This document shows positions 1 through 8,170 of a stretch of 40,762 nt of DNA, in pieces. The first letter of the stretch is position 1; every line of letters starts with the position of its first letter. The position numbers and the translations under genes were made by a program. The notes beneath the pieces were generated by a model, which was not told the DNA's origin, made no database searches, and saw nothing but the letters and a program-made list of their open reading frames with translations. This DNA is from Advenella sp. (GTDB lineage: Bacteria; Pseudomonadota; Gammaproteobacteria; Burkholderiales; Burkholderiaceae_B): assembly GCA_050742695.1 (NCBI GenBank), contig JBOIGK010000800.1, positions 1 to 40,762 on the forward strand, written 5' to 3'.

Positions 1-127
1 GCATCCGTTGGCACAAGATGCAGAATTTTAGCAGCAATAATTGCATTCGTTATTGTTGCCAACCTCGCAGTTTACGCATTTTCATAGCCCCATCCGTGGG
101 GCTTTTTCATTAACGAATCCCTTTACC
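1..127. repeat. Terminal direct repeat, first copy (circular assembly overlap)
   Basis: 1-127 is identical to 40636-40762; 127 is a common assembler k-mer; the overlap falls inside a gene, so it is unlikely to be a packaging terminal repeat. Confidence 0.9.
86..107 (+). terminator. Intrinsic terminator ending the virion operon (also present at 40721-40742)
   Basis: AGCCCCA-TCCG-TGGGGCT-TTTT between convergent genes. Confidence 0.75.
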
Positions 128-271
128 ACCTTCGCGGGAATCCTCTGAGCGTCCGCCACAAATTGACCCATCTGATGCGGTGTCACTATCATGCTGGCAG
201 TTACCGGCAGAAGCTTGCACGGATGTGCCGAGAGAAAGAGTAACCAGAAGCATTGCGAATAATTTTTTCAT
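110..271 (-). CDS. Small exported two-cysteine protein (53 aa)
   Basis: MKKLFAMLLVTLSLGTSVQASA resembles a Sec signal peptide (ASA cleavage); mature part GNCQHDSDTASDGSICGGRS; AGGT upstream of ATG 271. Confidence 0.7.
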   Translation of the reverse strand: MKKLFAMLLVTLSLGTSVQASAGNCQHDSDTASDGSICGGRSEDSREGGKGIR

Positions 272-348
272 GTAATACCTGTGTGTAGTTAAGGCCACAA
301 ATGTGGCCTACCAAAAGTATTCTCTTAAGTGAAATTCTCAAAGAGATA

Positions 349-618
349 TCACATCTCGCTGCGCGCCTTTTGAAGCAAATAGGTGAGGTGCGTCTCAATA
401 TCCCGCAGTGTCTCCTGATTACTGGTGACATAGTTCAGCAGGGCTTTCAGTTCCGCCATCGCTCCCGAGATGTCATAACCTTCTTCATAGAGCTGAAGCA
501 GGAGCCTCTCAATATTTGACCCTGTCTTTAACCCTGCAACGCCTTCTGGCGTGTGAACTTCCTCTGAGTAGGCATCCGTGCACGGATAGTGATATTCATT
601 TTCTCCTCCTATTTTCAT
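349..618 (-). CDS. ant: SPC32H-type antirepressor
   Basis: Motifs YHYP..EEVHTP.GV and AELKALLNYVTS.Q.T..D..THL.Y match recalled SPC32H Ant; LexA box upstream; divergent from tailspike; GAGGT 7 nt before ATG 618. Confidence 0.85.
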   Translation of the reverse strand: MKIGGENEYHYPCTDAYSEEVHTPEGVAGLKTGSNIERLLLQLYEEGYDISGAMAELKALLNYVTSNQETLRDIETHLTYLLQKARSEM

Positions 619-636
619 CACTCATACCTCTATAAG

Positions 637-656
637 CACTGTATGGATAAACAGTA
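637..656 (-). promoter_or_regulatory. LexA (SOS) box overlapping the -10/+1 of the ant promoter
   Basis: CACTGTATGGATAAACAGTA = CTG-N10-CAG, close to the sulA-type box; minus strand has extended -10 TGaTACTGT. Confidence 0.9.
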
Positions 657-690
657 TCAAATGATTTCTAAATTTTCCAGTTGTTTTGGG

Positions 691-705
691 TTACCAATAC
701 GGTAA
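691..705. promoter_or_regulatory. Putative repressor operator
   Basis: TTACC-AATAC-GGTAA, the genome-wide palindrome. Confidence 0.7.
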
Positions 706-794
706 TTCATGCGATGTCATAGAGGTAATTAAAATTCATATAGGGGTAAATAGGCGGTAAGATGTGCGGATAACCACCAACACGGGGCCGCACC

Positions 795-2789
795 ATGACT
801 GTTTCAACAGAGGTTAACCAAGCCGCATACACGGGGAATGGGGTTACCACCGTTTTCCCATATACATTTCGCATATTGAATGCCAGCAACCTAACAGTCA
901 CACGAATTGACCTTCAGGAAGTGGAAACGGTTCTGACGTTGGGAACTGATTACACGGTGACGGGTGCAGGCTCTTACAATGGTGGGGCAGTGACTTTGCC
1001 TCAGCCTCTGCTTAATGGATACTCACTTGTCATAGAGCGTGATCTGGCTATTGTGCAGGAAACGGATTTACGCAATCAGGGGACATTCTTCGCTGAAGTA
1101 CATGAGGATGCTTTTGACTACCTGACAATGATCATTCAGCAGGTAGCAAGTTGGATAGGGTTAGCACTTCGCCGCCCTACAATTAAGTCTAAATTCTACG
1201 ATGCAAAACAATATCGGATAGCAAATCTTGCAGACCCGATTAATTCTCAGGATGCAGTGAACAACCAGACACTATTGAAATCACTTGCTGATCTTTCAAC
1301 AGATGGGTCTGGTCAGTTTGTTTTGCAAATGCTCGCCAACCAAGCACCTGGGCTTGGTGCATCGTTAGTAAACACGACTTATAATCAGACTGTAGAAAAT
1401 CTTCTAACATCTATTAAACGTTCCGATGGTTTTTATTTTTCCACATTTACTGGAGCTAAAACATACAATATACCTTCAGATTATCCGAATATGCAGGCCG
1501 CTGTAGATGACCTTCACATTCAAACCACAACTCATGGGTACCATATAATTCTGAATTTGGAAGCGGGTTATCAAGAAAAGTATGGGCTTAAGGTTCAGCA
1601 TGGTGATTTCTCACGTTTCTATATTAAATCCGCAACCGGCACAGTTCAGGTTGCTGATGACTTTATTGGTGTAGTAGGTCCTGATGGCGGATCAACAATT
1701 ACATCAGGCACAGTTATTATGGCATATCATGCTAAAGGGCCGGTTCTGGGATGTATTTTCGATGGTAGGCAAATAGCAAGAACCCTATATTTTGCACTAG
1801 GTGGTTCACATGGGTGGGCAGACAGACTGCAAAGCTCATCTGAAGAAACGCCTAACCCAGTAAAAATATCTGGAGGAACGAACTTCAGACATGCAACATT
1901 CGAAGCACAAGAGGGTAGCGTTATTGTCTGCGAGAACGTAGTAGCAACCGGGTGCCTGCTAAATAGCATATATTGCGAGAGAAATAGCATCATCCATGCT
2001 GAATTTTCAGATGCGTCTGGAAGCGTTCAGGCTGGCGTGATGGCAACAAGGTCATCAAGAGTCAATGCAGACTCGATGAATGTTAGCGGCTGTAAGTTTG
2101 GAATGTGGGCGTCAAGGGGCGCTACTATTTCAGCTGCGGATGCAAATGCTGATACATGTACGGTATATGGATTTTATGCTGACATGGCAGCAACGATAAA
2201 TGCGCATAATACATCTGCATTGAATGCAGGAACTGGGATCCCTGCAGACACAACTAACTTAGTTAATCCAGGAGCTTCTTATCATGCATACAGGGGATCC
2301 AAGATTAATGCTACAACTGGCAAGGCATCGGGAAGCCTTTACGCTGTATCAGCAGTAATCGATTCTGATGTGTCAGCCTTTGGCCTTGTAGCAAACCAAA
2401 CCAAAACAGTGGGTGTTACAGCCAGATACTCTTCTAGAGTTTCAGTAGATAACTGCACAATTACGGGAACAATTGGCAGAGGAATATTGGCTGCTGATGC
2501 ATCAACCATATCAGCAAACACTGGGAATATTCAGGGAGGAACGACTGTAGTGGGAGCAAGTACAGGAGGTGATGTTGTTGTGTCTCTTGGGCAGGTTAAG
2601 GGGGGGGTTACAGGTTGCTACGCTGAAACAGGTGGTAAAATTACAGCCACTGGGGCTACGGTTACAGGGAACTCTACTGTGGACTTAAGAATTAACACAG
2701 GCAGCATGATAACTGCAAACGGTGCTACCTATGGAACTGCCAACACGGCAACAAATGCCGTAACTACCTTGGGCATCATCTTTAATTGA
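795..2789 (+). CDS. Tailspike / receptor-binding protein (N-terminal particle-binding domain, C-terminal beta-helix)
   Basis: N-terminus MTVSTEVNQAAYTGNGVTTVFPYTFRI...TDLRNQG.FFAEVHEDAFD typical of epsilon15-like tailspikes; repetitive G/S/A/T/N-rich C-terminal region. Confidence 0.9.
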   Translation: MTVSTEVNQAAYTGNGVTTVFPYTFRILNASNLTVTRIDLQEVETVLTLGTDYTVTGAGSYNGGAVTLPQPLLNGYSLVIERDLAIVQETDLRNQGTFFAEVHEDAFDYLTMIIQQVASWIGLALRRPTIKSKFYDAKQYRIANLADPINSQDAVNNQTLLKSLADLSTDGSGQFVLQMLANQAPGLGASLVNTTYNQTVENLLTSIKRSDGFYFSTFTGAKTYNIPSDYPNMQAAVDDLHIQTTTHGYHIILNLEAGYQEKYGLKVQHGDFSRFYIKSATGTVQVADDFIGVVGPDGGSTITSGTVIMAYHAKGPVLGCIFDGRQIARTLYFALGGSHGWADRLQSSSEETPNPVKISGGTNFRHATFEAQEGSVIVCENVVATGCLLNSIYCERNSIIHAEFSDASGSVQAGVMATRSSRVNADSMNVSGCKFGMWASRGATISAADANADTCTVYGFYADMAATINAHNTSALNAGTGIPADTTNLVNPGASYHAYRGSKINATTGKASGSLYAVSAVIDSDVSAFGLVANQTKTVGVTARYSSRVSVDNCTITGTIGRGILAADASTISANTGNIQGGTTVVGASTGGDVVVSLGQVKGGVTGCYAETGGKITATGATVTGNSTVDLRINTGSMITANGATYGTANTATNAVTTLGIIFN

Positions 2790-2798
2790 CAGTGTTTT

Positions 2799-2822
2799 TG
2801 TTAGGGGTTTTAACCCCTAACA
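2799..2822. terminator. Hairpin between convergent tailspike and acetyltransferase genes
   Basis: TGTTAGGGGT-TTTA-ACCCCTAACA perfect 10-bp stem; U-tracts weak. Confidence 0.5.
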
Positions 2823-3464
2823 TCAATATTTATCTGCAGGAAGAAATGGTGTAGGTATCAATTCTCTCTTCCAGACAATCCCTTCCTTAATTATTTTTGC
2901 TGGTACTCCAGCTGCAATACTATTTGGTTTTACAGGTTTAGTTACTACTGACTTTGCACCAATAATACTATTGTGTCCTATTGTAACTCCTTTGTTTATT
3001 GTCACTCCCTCGCCAATCCATACAGAATTCTCGATGATGATGTCTTTTGCAGGGTTTATTCTTTCGCCTGTTTCAACGTCAATTATTGAGTGCCAATCAG
3101 TAGTTGAAATGGACACATCAGATATTAGGCATTCTTTACCGATGGTAATAGAAGCTCCTTCCATTGCAGTCATTAATAAATGCCTGTTTATAGCAGTACT
3201 TTCACCAATGCAGATAGAAGACCCTGATCCAACAAAATACCTTCCTCTTATATATGAGGATTTCCCCGCATAGAAAACACCATTCCCTTGTTCGAGATTA
3301 ATGGAGAAGTTGTTAAAAATACACCCTTCACCAAAGACTATTTTAGAGCCTTTCCCTTTACTAAAGGTGAGAGTGAATACTCCTGATATTCTTGCTGGCC
3401 TTCCAACAACTTCATTACCTGCAGCTATGAAATCAACTAACTGGCTCTCAAATGCATCGTTCAT
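2823..3464 (-). CDS. Hexapeptide-repeat (left-handed beta-helix) acyltransferase, moron
   Basis: IIIENSVWIGEGVTINKGVTIGHNSIIGAKSVVTKPV..NSIAAGVPAKII; AT-rich; opposite strand; own promoter. Confidence 0.88.
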   Translation of the reverse strand: MNDAFESQLVDFIAAGNEVVGRPARISGVFTLTFSKGKGSKIVFGEGCIFNNFSINLEQGNGVFYAGKSSYIRGRYFVGSGSSICIGESTAINRHLLMTAMEGASITIGKECLISDVSISTTDWHSIIDVETGERINPAKDIIIENSVWIGEGVTINKGVTIGHNSIIGAKSVVTKPVKPNSIAAGVPAKIIKEGIVWKRELIPTPFLPADKY

Positions 3465-3509
3465 TAAACAAACCCCAAAGCGTACTGTTAAAAATTATAA
3501 AAGACATGG

Positions 3510-3538
3510 ATTATAGACACTATGTATCTGCTAGTCGA
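3510..3538 (-). promoter_or_regulatory. Sigma70 promoter of the acetyltransferase moron
   Basis: TCGACT-17 nt-TATAAT on minus strand; no operator palindrome overlaps it. Confidence 0.6.
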
Positions 3539-3623
3539 TGAAGGGTTGGTTTTTTAAGGTAATCATTATCCGTATATGAATTATTGTGTATCATGATGCA
3601 ACCTACTTCAAAGGGGCTGCATC

Positions 3624-3944
3624 ATGAACCAAGTTCAGAACTGGATACAAAACGCATTAAACACGGTCGGTAGCTGGATAACCTACCTCTGGGCAACAGT
3701 GACCGCCGGAACAGCACTTCTATCACTTCAAGATTACACCTTCATTATCGGCACCGTTGTCGGCGCCATCTACACCATCCGAACATACCGCATTAATAAG
3801 GCTGCTAAGTTGGCGTCTATTGCTGATGAGAAGAGGCGCACAGATTTGTATGCCGAATTTCTCAGGAATTATGACCCCGCAAAACCTCCCGCCGCAATTG
3901 AGATAGTTCACGAAGCTCTGCAACGTGCGAGTAACGACGCATGA
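3624..3944 (+). CDS. Holin
   Basis: Two hydrophobic segments, charged C-terminus, directly upstream of endolysin with ATGA overlap. Confidence 0.75.
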   Translation: MNQVQNWIQNALNTVGSWITYLWATVTAGTALLSLQDYTFIIGTVVGAIYTIRTYRINKAAKLASIADEKRRTDLYAEFLRNYDPAKPPAAIEIVHEALQRASNDA

Positions 3945-4456
3945 GCGCCCTCAGGAAAGCCGGTAAAGCCGGTGCTGTCTGTTCTATCGCAGCAATCATC
4001 GCAATGGTGGTGGCCAGCGGGCAGGTCAGAACCAGCGAAAAGGGTCTGGAACTGATCGGTAATTTTGAGTCCTGCCAACGAGACCCATACAAATGCCCGG
4101 CTGATGTCTGGACTGACGGCGTCGGAAATACTCACGGTGTTAAGCCTGGTGTTCGCAAGACGGACGCGCAGATCGCCGCTGACTGGGGAAAGAACATCCT
4201 GGAGGCGGAGAAGTGCGTTAACCGGTATGCAGACGGAGAGAAGCTGAAACAGGGGCCGTTTGATGCCGCGGTGAGCGTGACGTTTAACGTTGGTTGTCCT
4301 GCTATGCAGAAGTCCACGATGTTCTGGATGTTCAGGCAAGGCAAGATCACCGAAGCGTGTAATCAGTTCCCGCGCTGGGTGTATGCCGGTGGCAAAGTTT
4401 TGCCAGGTCTGGTAACGCGCCGTAATAAGGAGAAGGCTCTATGTCTAACCCCTTGA
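3941..4456 (+). CDS. Endolysin, GH24 lysozyme with probable SAR N-terminus
   Basis: GLELIGNFESC..PYKCPADVWTDGVGNT, FNVG, GLVTRR..EKALCL; Ala/Ile-rich N-terminal anchor. Confidence 0.92.
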   Translation: MSALRKAGKAGAVCSIAAIIAMVVASGQVRTSEKGLELIGNFESCQRDPYKCPADVWTDGVGNTHGVKPGVRKTDAQIAADWGKNILEAEKCVNRYADGEKLKQGPFDAAVSVTFNVGCPAMQKSTMFWMFRQGKITEACNQFPRWVYAGGKVLPGLVTRRNKEKALCLTP

Positions 4457-4827
4457 AAGGCATTGTCTATATCAGCGTCGTTCTGCTGGCGATGAGTGCG
4501 GTTGTCGGCCTTGGCGCATGGCTGGCCGGTCGGCATTACCAGCCAACCATTGACAACCTGAACGACAAACTGTCGAAGTGTGGCAGCCTGAAGGATCAGG
4601 CCAACGCCACCATCATTTCGCAGAACGCTGCAATCACAGCGCTTCAGCAGGCGGGAGCGGACAGGGAGAAGGCTGCTAAGGATGCCGTGGCCGCTGCCAG
4701 AGAATTAGCAAAGGATGATTACGGGAAAGCCAGTGACGTACTGTCCGAGCGCGTAGATAGTCCTGATGTTTGCGCCGCTGCATCTTCTGCGTTCGATTCC
4801 GAGCTTTCGCGGGAGCGTGCGAAATGA
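4441..4827 (+). CDS. Inner-membrane spanin (Rz-like)
   Basis: N-terminal TM helix plus coiled-coil, follows endolysin. Confidence 0.75.
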   Translation: MSNPLKGIVYISVVLLAMSAVVGLGAWLAGRHYQPTIDNLNDKLSKCGSLKDQANATIISQNAAITALQQAGADREKAAKDAVAAARELAKDDYGKASDVLSERVDSPDVCAAASSAFDSELSRERAK

Positions 4828-5105
4828 AAAGGCTGCTGATGATCATGGCAATTGGTCTGTCTGGATGTGCTGAACGCGTCACGGTTCCCGATCCTGTTTA
4901 TGTTGAAGTGAAAGTCCCCGTGCAGGTACCATGTGAACCTGGTGCAATCGACGCGCCAGCCTTCGCTGTAGACCGGTTACCGATCGGTTCCTCAATAGAC
5001 AAACAGATGCAGGCTCTGCGCGCTGAACGTCATCAGCGCATCGGTTACGAGAAAGAGCTGAAAGCTGCTGTTGATTCCTGTCGTGCTACCGCAAAGCCGG
5101 GTTAA
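4824..5105 (+). CDS. Outer-membrane spanin lipoprotein (Rz1-like)
   Basis: ATG 4824: MKRLLMIMAIGLSGC has lipobox LSGC; Pro-rich segment follows. Confidence 0.8.
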   Translation: MKRLLMIMAIGLSGCAERVTVPDPVYVEVKVPVQVPCEPGAIDAPAFAVDRLPIGSSIDKQMQALRAERHQRIGYEKELKAAVDSCRATAKPG

Positions 5106-5117
5106 GTTGTTCCAGAA

Positions 5118-5410
5118 ACGGTAGCTGAGACGGTATATAAAACGCGGTCTAATTTATTTATCATATATAACAATGAATTACACTGCGGGTTTATAATCAA
5201 ATTATCATTATAAACCAAGGCTTTTTAACGATTGACTGCGATTCAAAACTACAAGAGGCGCTCAGTGATTCTGACGCCTCTTTTCTTTTTAACGATTGAC
5301 CACCATTTCAGAGAGCATGATTTTACCGTCGGTTATTTTGACGGTATGAGATTTTCGAGGTAGGTTTATCCATCTTTTACCGTCACCATTTTGGTATCAA
5401 ATGACGGTAT
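5118..5410. other. Putative attP
   Basis: Intergenic region next to int; six (G)ACGGTA arm-like repeats (5118, 5129, 5324, 5340, 5378, 5403); central inverted repeat 5188-5216; IHF-like TAACAATGAATTA at 5168. Confidence 0.7.
5253..5290 (+). terminator. Intrinsic terminator after lysis cassette
   Basis: AAGAGGCG(C)TCAG-TGATT-CTGACGCCTCTT followed by TTCTTTTT. Confidence 0.65.
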
Positions 5411-5428
5411 CACCTCTGAGTAATCACA

Positions 5429-6628
5429 ATGCTGACCGACACAAAATTAAAGAGCCTCAAGCCGCAGGCCAAGCTGTACAAGGTTTCAGACAGAGATGGG
5501 TTGTACGTTGCGGTATCGCCAGGCGGTACCGTCAGCTTCCGTTACGACTACCGTATCAATGGGCGACGCGAAACACTGACGATCGGAAAGTACGGTTCCG
5601 GCGGTATAACTTTGGCTGAAGCCCGTGACCGGCTCGGAGCAGCCAAAAAGATGCTGGATGCCGGTGAGTCTCCGGCTGCCAAAAAGAGAGAAGGTAAATC
5701 AGTAGTCAGGAACGCCAGCCGATTCACTGACTTTGTTCTTTTATGGAAGGCGAAGTGGGAGGGTGCTGCGTCAACTTTGGCAATGAGACAGGCCACAATT
5801 GATAATCACATCACCCCGAAGTATGGCCGGATGATAATGAAGGAAATCACTCCCACTATGCTGCGCGAGCATTGCGAGAAGATCCGGGATAATGGTGCCC
5901 CAGCAACCGCAGTATTGGTCAGGGACATTGTCTCGAAGGTTTTCAGGTTTGCTCAGGCGCGTGGTTACGAAGGTGATAACCCTGCGGAAAAGGTTCCTTC
6001 CAGCAGCATTGCAACATTCAAACCGCGTGACAGGTCACTAAGTGAAGAAGAGATTGGTGTGTTTTTTAATGCCCTCAACAATACAGCAAATGCGCCATCG
6101 ATGAGGATGTTGCTGAAATTACTCTTTCTTACGATGCTCAGGAAAAACGAATTGCAGTCAGCAACATGGGACATGGTCGATTTCAAAAAAAGAACTCTGA
6201 CCGTACCGGCTTCAATAATGAAGATGTCACGGCCGCACATCGTTTACCTGTCCAACCAGGCATATGACATCCTCGTCGGGTTGAACGTTATATACGGGAA
6301 CGCCGCTTATATTCATCCGGGCAGATTCGGCGATGACAAAACTCTGTCAGCGCCAGCTTTGAATACGATGATCAATAAAACGATACAGGGAATAGAAAAG
6401 CAGGGAGGGAGTTTTGAGCATTTCACCGTTCATGACCTGCGCAGGACGGCATCAACGCTGCTGCATGAGGCGGGATTTAATACTGACTGGATTGAGAAGT
6501 GTCTGGCGCATGAGCAGCGCGGCGTCCGCGCAGTCTACAACAAAGCAGAATACGCGGAGCAGCGCCGGGACATGTTGCAGAAGTGGGCAGATATGGTTGA
6601 TGGGTGGATCGAGAAGGAGAAGGGTTAA
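5429..6628 (+). CDS. int: Tyrosine integrase (P4-like, N-terminal arm-binding domain)
   Basis: MLTDTKLKSLKPQAKLYKVSDRDGLY; catalytic LRKNE, HDLRRT, LAH, VYN. Confidence 0.95.
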   Translation: MLTDTKLKSLKPQAKLYKVSDRDGLYVAVSPGGTVSFRYDYRINGRRETLTIGKYGSGGITLAEARDRLGAAKKMLDAGESPAAKKREGKSVVRNASRFTDFVLLWKAKWEGAASTLAMRQATIDNHITPKYGRMIMKEITPTMLREHCEKIRDNGAPATAVLVRDIVSKVFRFAQARGYEGDNPAEKVPSSSIATFKPRDRSLSEEEIGVFFNALNNTANAPSMRMLLKLLFLTMLRKNELQSATWDMVDFKKRTLTVPASIMKMSRPHIVYLSNQAYDILVGLNVIYGNAAYIHPGRFGDDKTLSAPALNTMINKTIQGIEKQGGSFEHFTVHDLRRTASTLLHEAGFNTDWIEKCLAHEQRGVRAVYNKAEYAEQRRDMLQKWADMVDGWIEKEKG

Positions 6629-6780
6629 TCTGTTTTCAATTCGATGGAACAGTCCATCACTAACGCTAAAAAAACCAACCAACCCCAGCCATCCTTTCCC
6701 TGCGATGCCAGATAGATTGCCCCCAGTACTGCCGCCAGTTGCGGCAGTCTTGCCATTAATGTAATAAGTGTAAAGTTCAC
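6625..6780 (-). CDS. Small membrane protein (51 aa)
   Basis: GTG start overlaps upstream TGA; AAVLGAIYLASQGKDGWGWLVFLALV hydrophobic hairpin. Confidence 0.6.
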   Translation of the reverse strand: MNFTLITLMARLPQLAAVLGAIYLASQGKDGWGWLVFLALVMDCSIELKTD

Positions 6781-7340
6781 GCTGCACCATCCAGTTTTAT
6801 TCCGGGGATTTTTCCTGCTGCGATGGCGTCGTAGATTTTGCACACCTGCGCGTGGTCAGTCTCATCTGAACTGTACATATATTGGAGCATGTTCAGCGTT
6901 ATTTTTTCCCTTGCCACATCTTCAGGTGAGCGCACGTTTCTAAACTCACATGGTGTCTTTTGTATATCTATTCCAACAGGAACCCCGCCACGCCACCCCC
7001 ATATGCAATCCCCTTCAATATGGATGGTCCTCCACGGGATGTAGGCAGATGTTCGGCTTACCCTGACTTCGCATACATATCCAACTGGTGGGAAACCTTT
7101 GCCATCCCAATCAGGTTTGTTATTTTTTGCGGACAGCGCACTTTCATATTGCTCCCGCGTTACTGTTTCCAAGCCAGTAGAGTCAATTCGCACAAGGCAA
7201 GGCACTGAACCTCCAGATATTTGACCTTTAGTGCAGTACTTAAATACATGACCATGACCATTGTCAGCGATGTAATCAGCGCCATCAGGCCAGCCGCCAT
7301 TGTTTGGTAAATGCTTTAATAAAAGGTCTAACATTTTCAC
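6777..7340 (-). CDS. Hypothetical phage protein
   Basis: 187-aa ORF with AGGAG upstream; GGWPDGA, WDGKGFPPVG and IYDAIAAGKIPG motifs recur in enterobacterial phage early genes. Confidence 0.75.
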   Translation of the reverse strand: MKMLDLLLKHLPNNGGWPDGADYIADNGHGHVFKYCTKGQISGGSVPCLVRIDSTGLETVTREQYESALSAKNNKPDWDGKGFPPVGYVCEVRVSRTSAYIPWRTIHIEGDCIWGWRGGVPVGIDIQKTPCEFRNVRSPEDVAREKITLNMLQYMYSSDETDHAQVCKIYDAIAAGKIPGIKLDGAA

Positions 7341-7412
7341 GCTACATTCTCCTGCGGAATAATTTCCGGAATATTTTGTTGTCGGGTTTGTTGTTTCGTA
7401 ACTTCTTAAAAC

Positions 7413-7514
7413 TTATTTCCACACCACATAAGCAACCATGCTTACCGCAACCCAGCATATTCCGCAGGCTGCAACTGCGATTGCCCATAAAACCCAAACC
7501 GGTAATTTGTTCAT
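7413..7514 (-). CDS. 33-aa single-TM peptide (below ORF-track cutoff)
   Basis: MNKLPVWVLWAIAVAACGICWVAVSMVAYVVWK; ATG overlaps methylase TGA; GAGG upstream. Confidence 0.55.
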   Translation of the reverse strand: MNKLPVWVLWAIAVAACGICWVAVSMVAYVVWK

Positions 7515-8170
7515 TTTATTTCCTCATAGATATCAATTCGTTTATTCCAGCCTGATACCTGAAGTTCGATATCATTGCGAGGACACTCGTTACCCCAGTG
7601 GTGCCAGCCGGCGGCATCGCCTCGGCTGAATAGTTCAATGCGTGACACGTCACCATAAAGAAGCTCGAGGCGGTGCCGGGCTTCCCAAGGCTTCGCGCTG
7701 TGCTCACCGAGCGGCGAGTGGATCACCTGTTTCACGCTGGCGCTGAGACGTTCCAGTCCAGTACCGCGCACGGCAATCAGCAGATCCTCACTGTTGGCGC
7801 GGGTGTAGTTACCGCCATTCATGCGCGTCTGCGTGTTCAGTAGATCCATGAAGTCGTAGAAGTCATGAACCTCACCGGCGGCCAGCGCTTTATTGATGTG
7901 CTGCTCTGCCAGCTGGTTCAGCTTCACCCAGGTGAAACCCTTCATCGTTTTGACTTTGAAGCCCCACGCTTCGGCCAGCTTAACGGCCTCGGCGTTGTGG
8001 GTTCCGGTGTACCACATTGCCAGCACCGCGTTCTCAGCGGCAATTGACCAGACCGGCAGGCGCATCAGGTCAGTCAGCGACATGGTGCCGTAGTGATTGC
8101 CGGCGGCACCGTTGCTGACCACGTTGTCGTAGCGCCAAGGCGGGTCGGCGTAGATCAGTTGGTAGGTCAT
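7511..8170 (-). CDS. MT-A70 family adenine methyltransferase
   Basis: YQLIYADPPW, AWGF, HSAKP, RIELFSR motifs. Confidence 0.9.
   Translation of the reverse strand: MTYQLIYADPPWRYDNVVSNGAAGNHYGTMSLTDLMRLPVWSIAAENAVLAMWYTGTHNAEAVKLAEAWGFKVKTMKGFTWVKLNQLAEQHINKALAAGEVHDFYDFMDLLNTQTRMNGGNYTRANSEDLLIAVRGTGLERLSASVKQVIHSPLGEHSAKPWEARHRLELLYGDVSRIELFSRGDAAGWHHWGNECPRNDIELQVSGWNKRIDIYEEIK

Noticed and set aside
1..127. Biological terminal repeat
   Set aside because: The length equals a common k-mer and it cuts through a gene, so it is best read as assembly circularity
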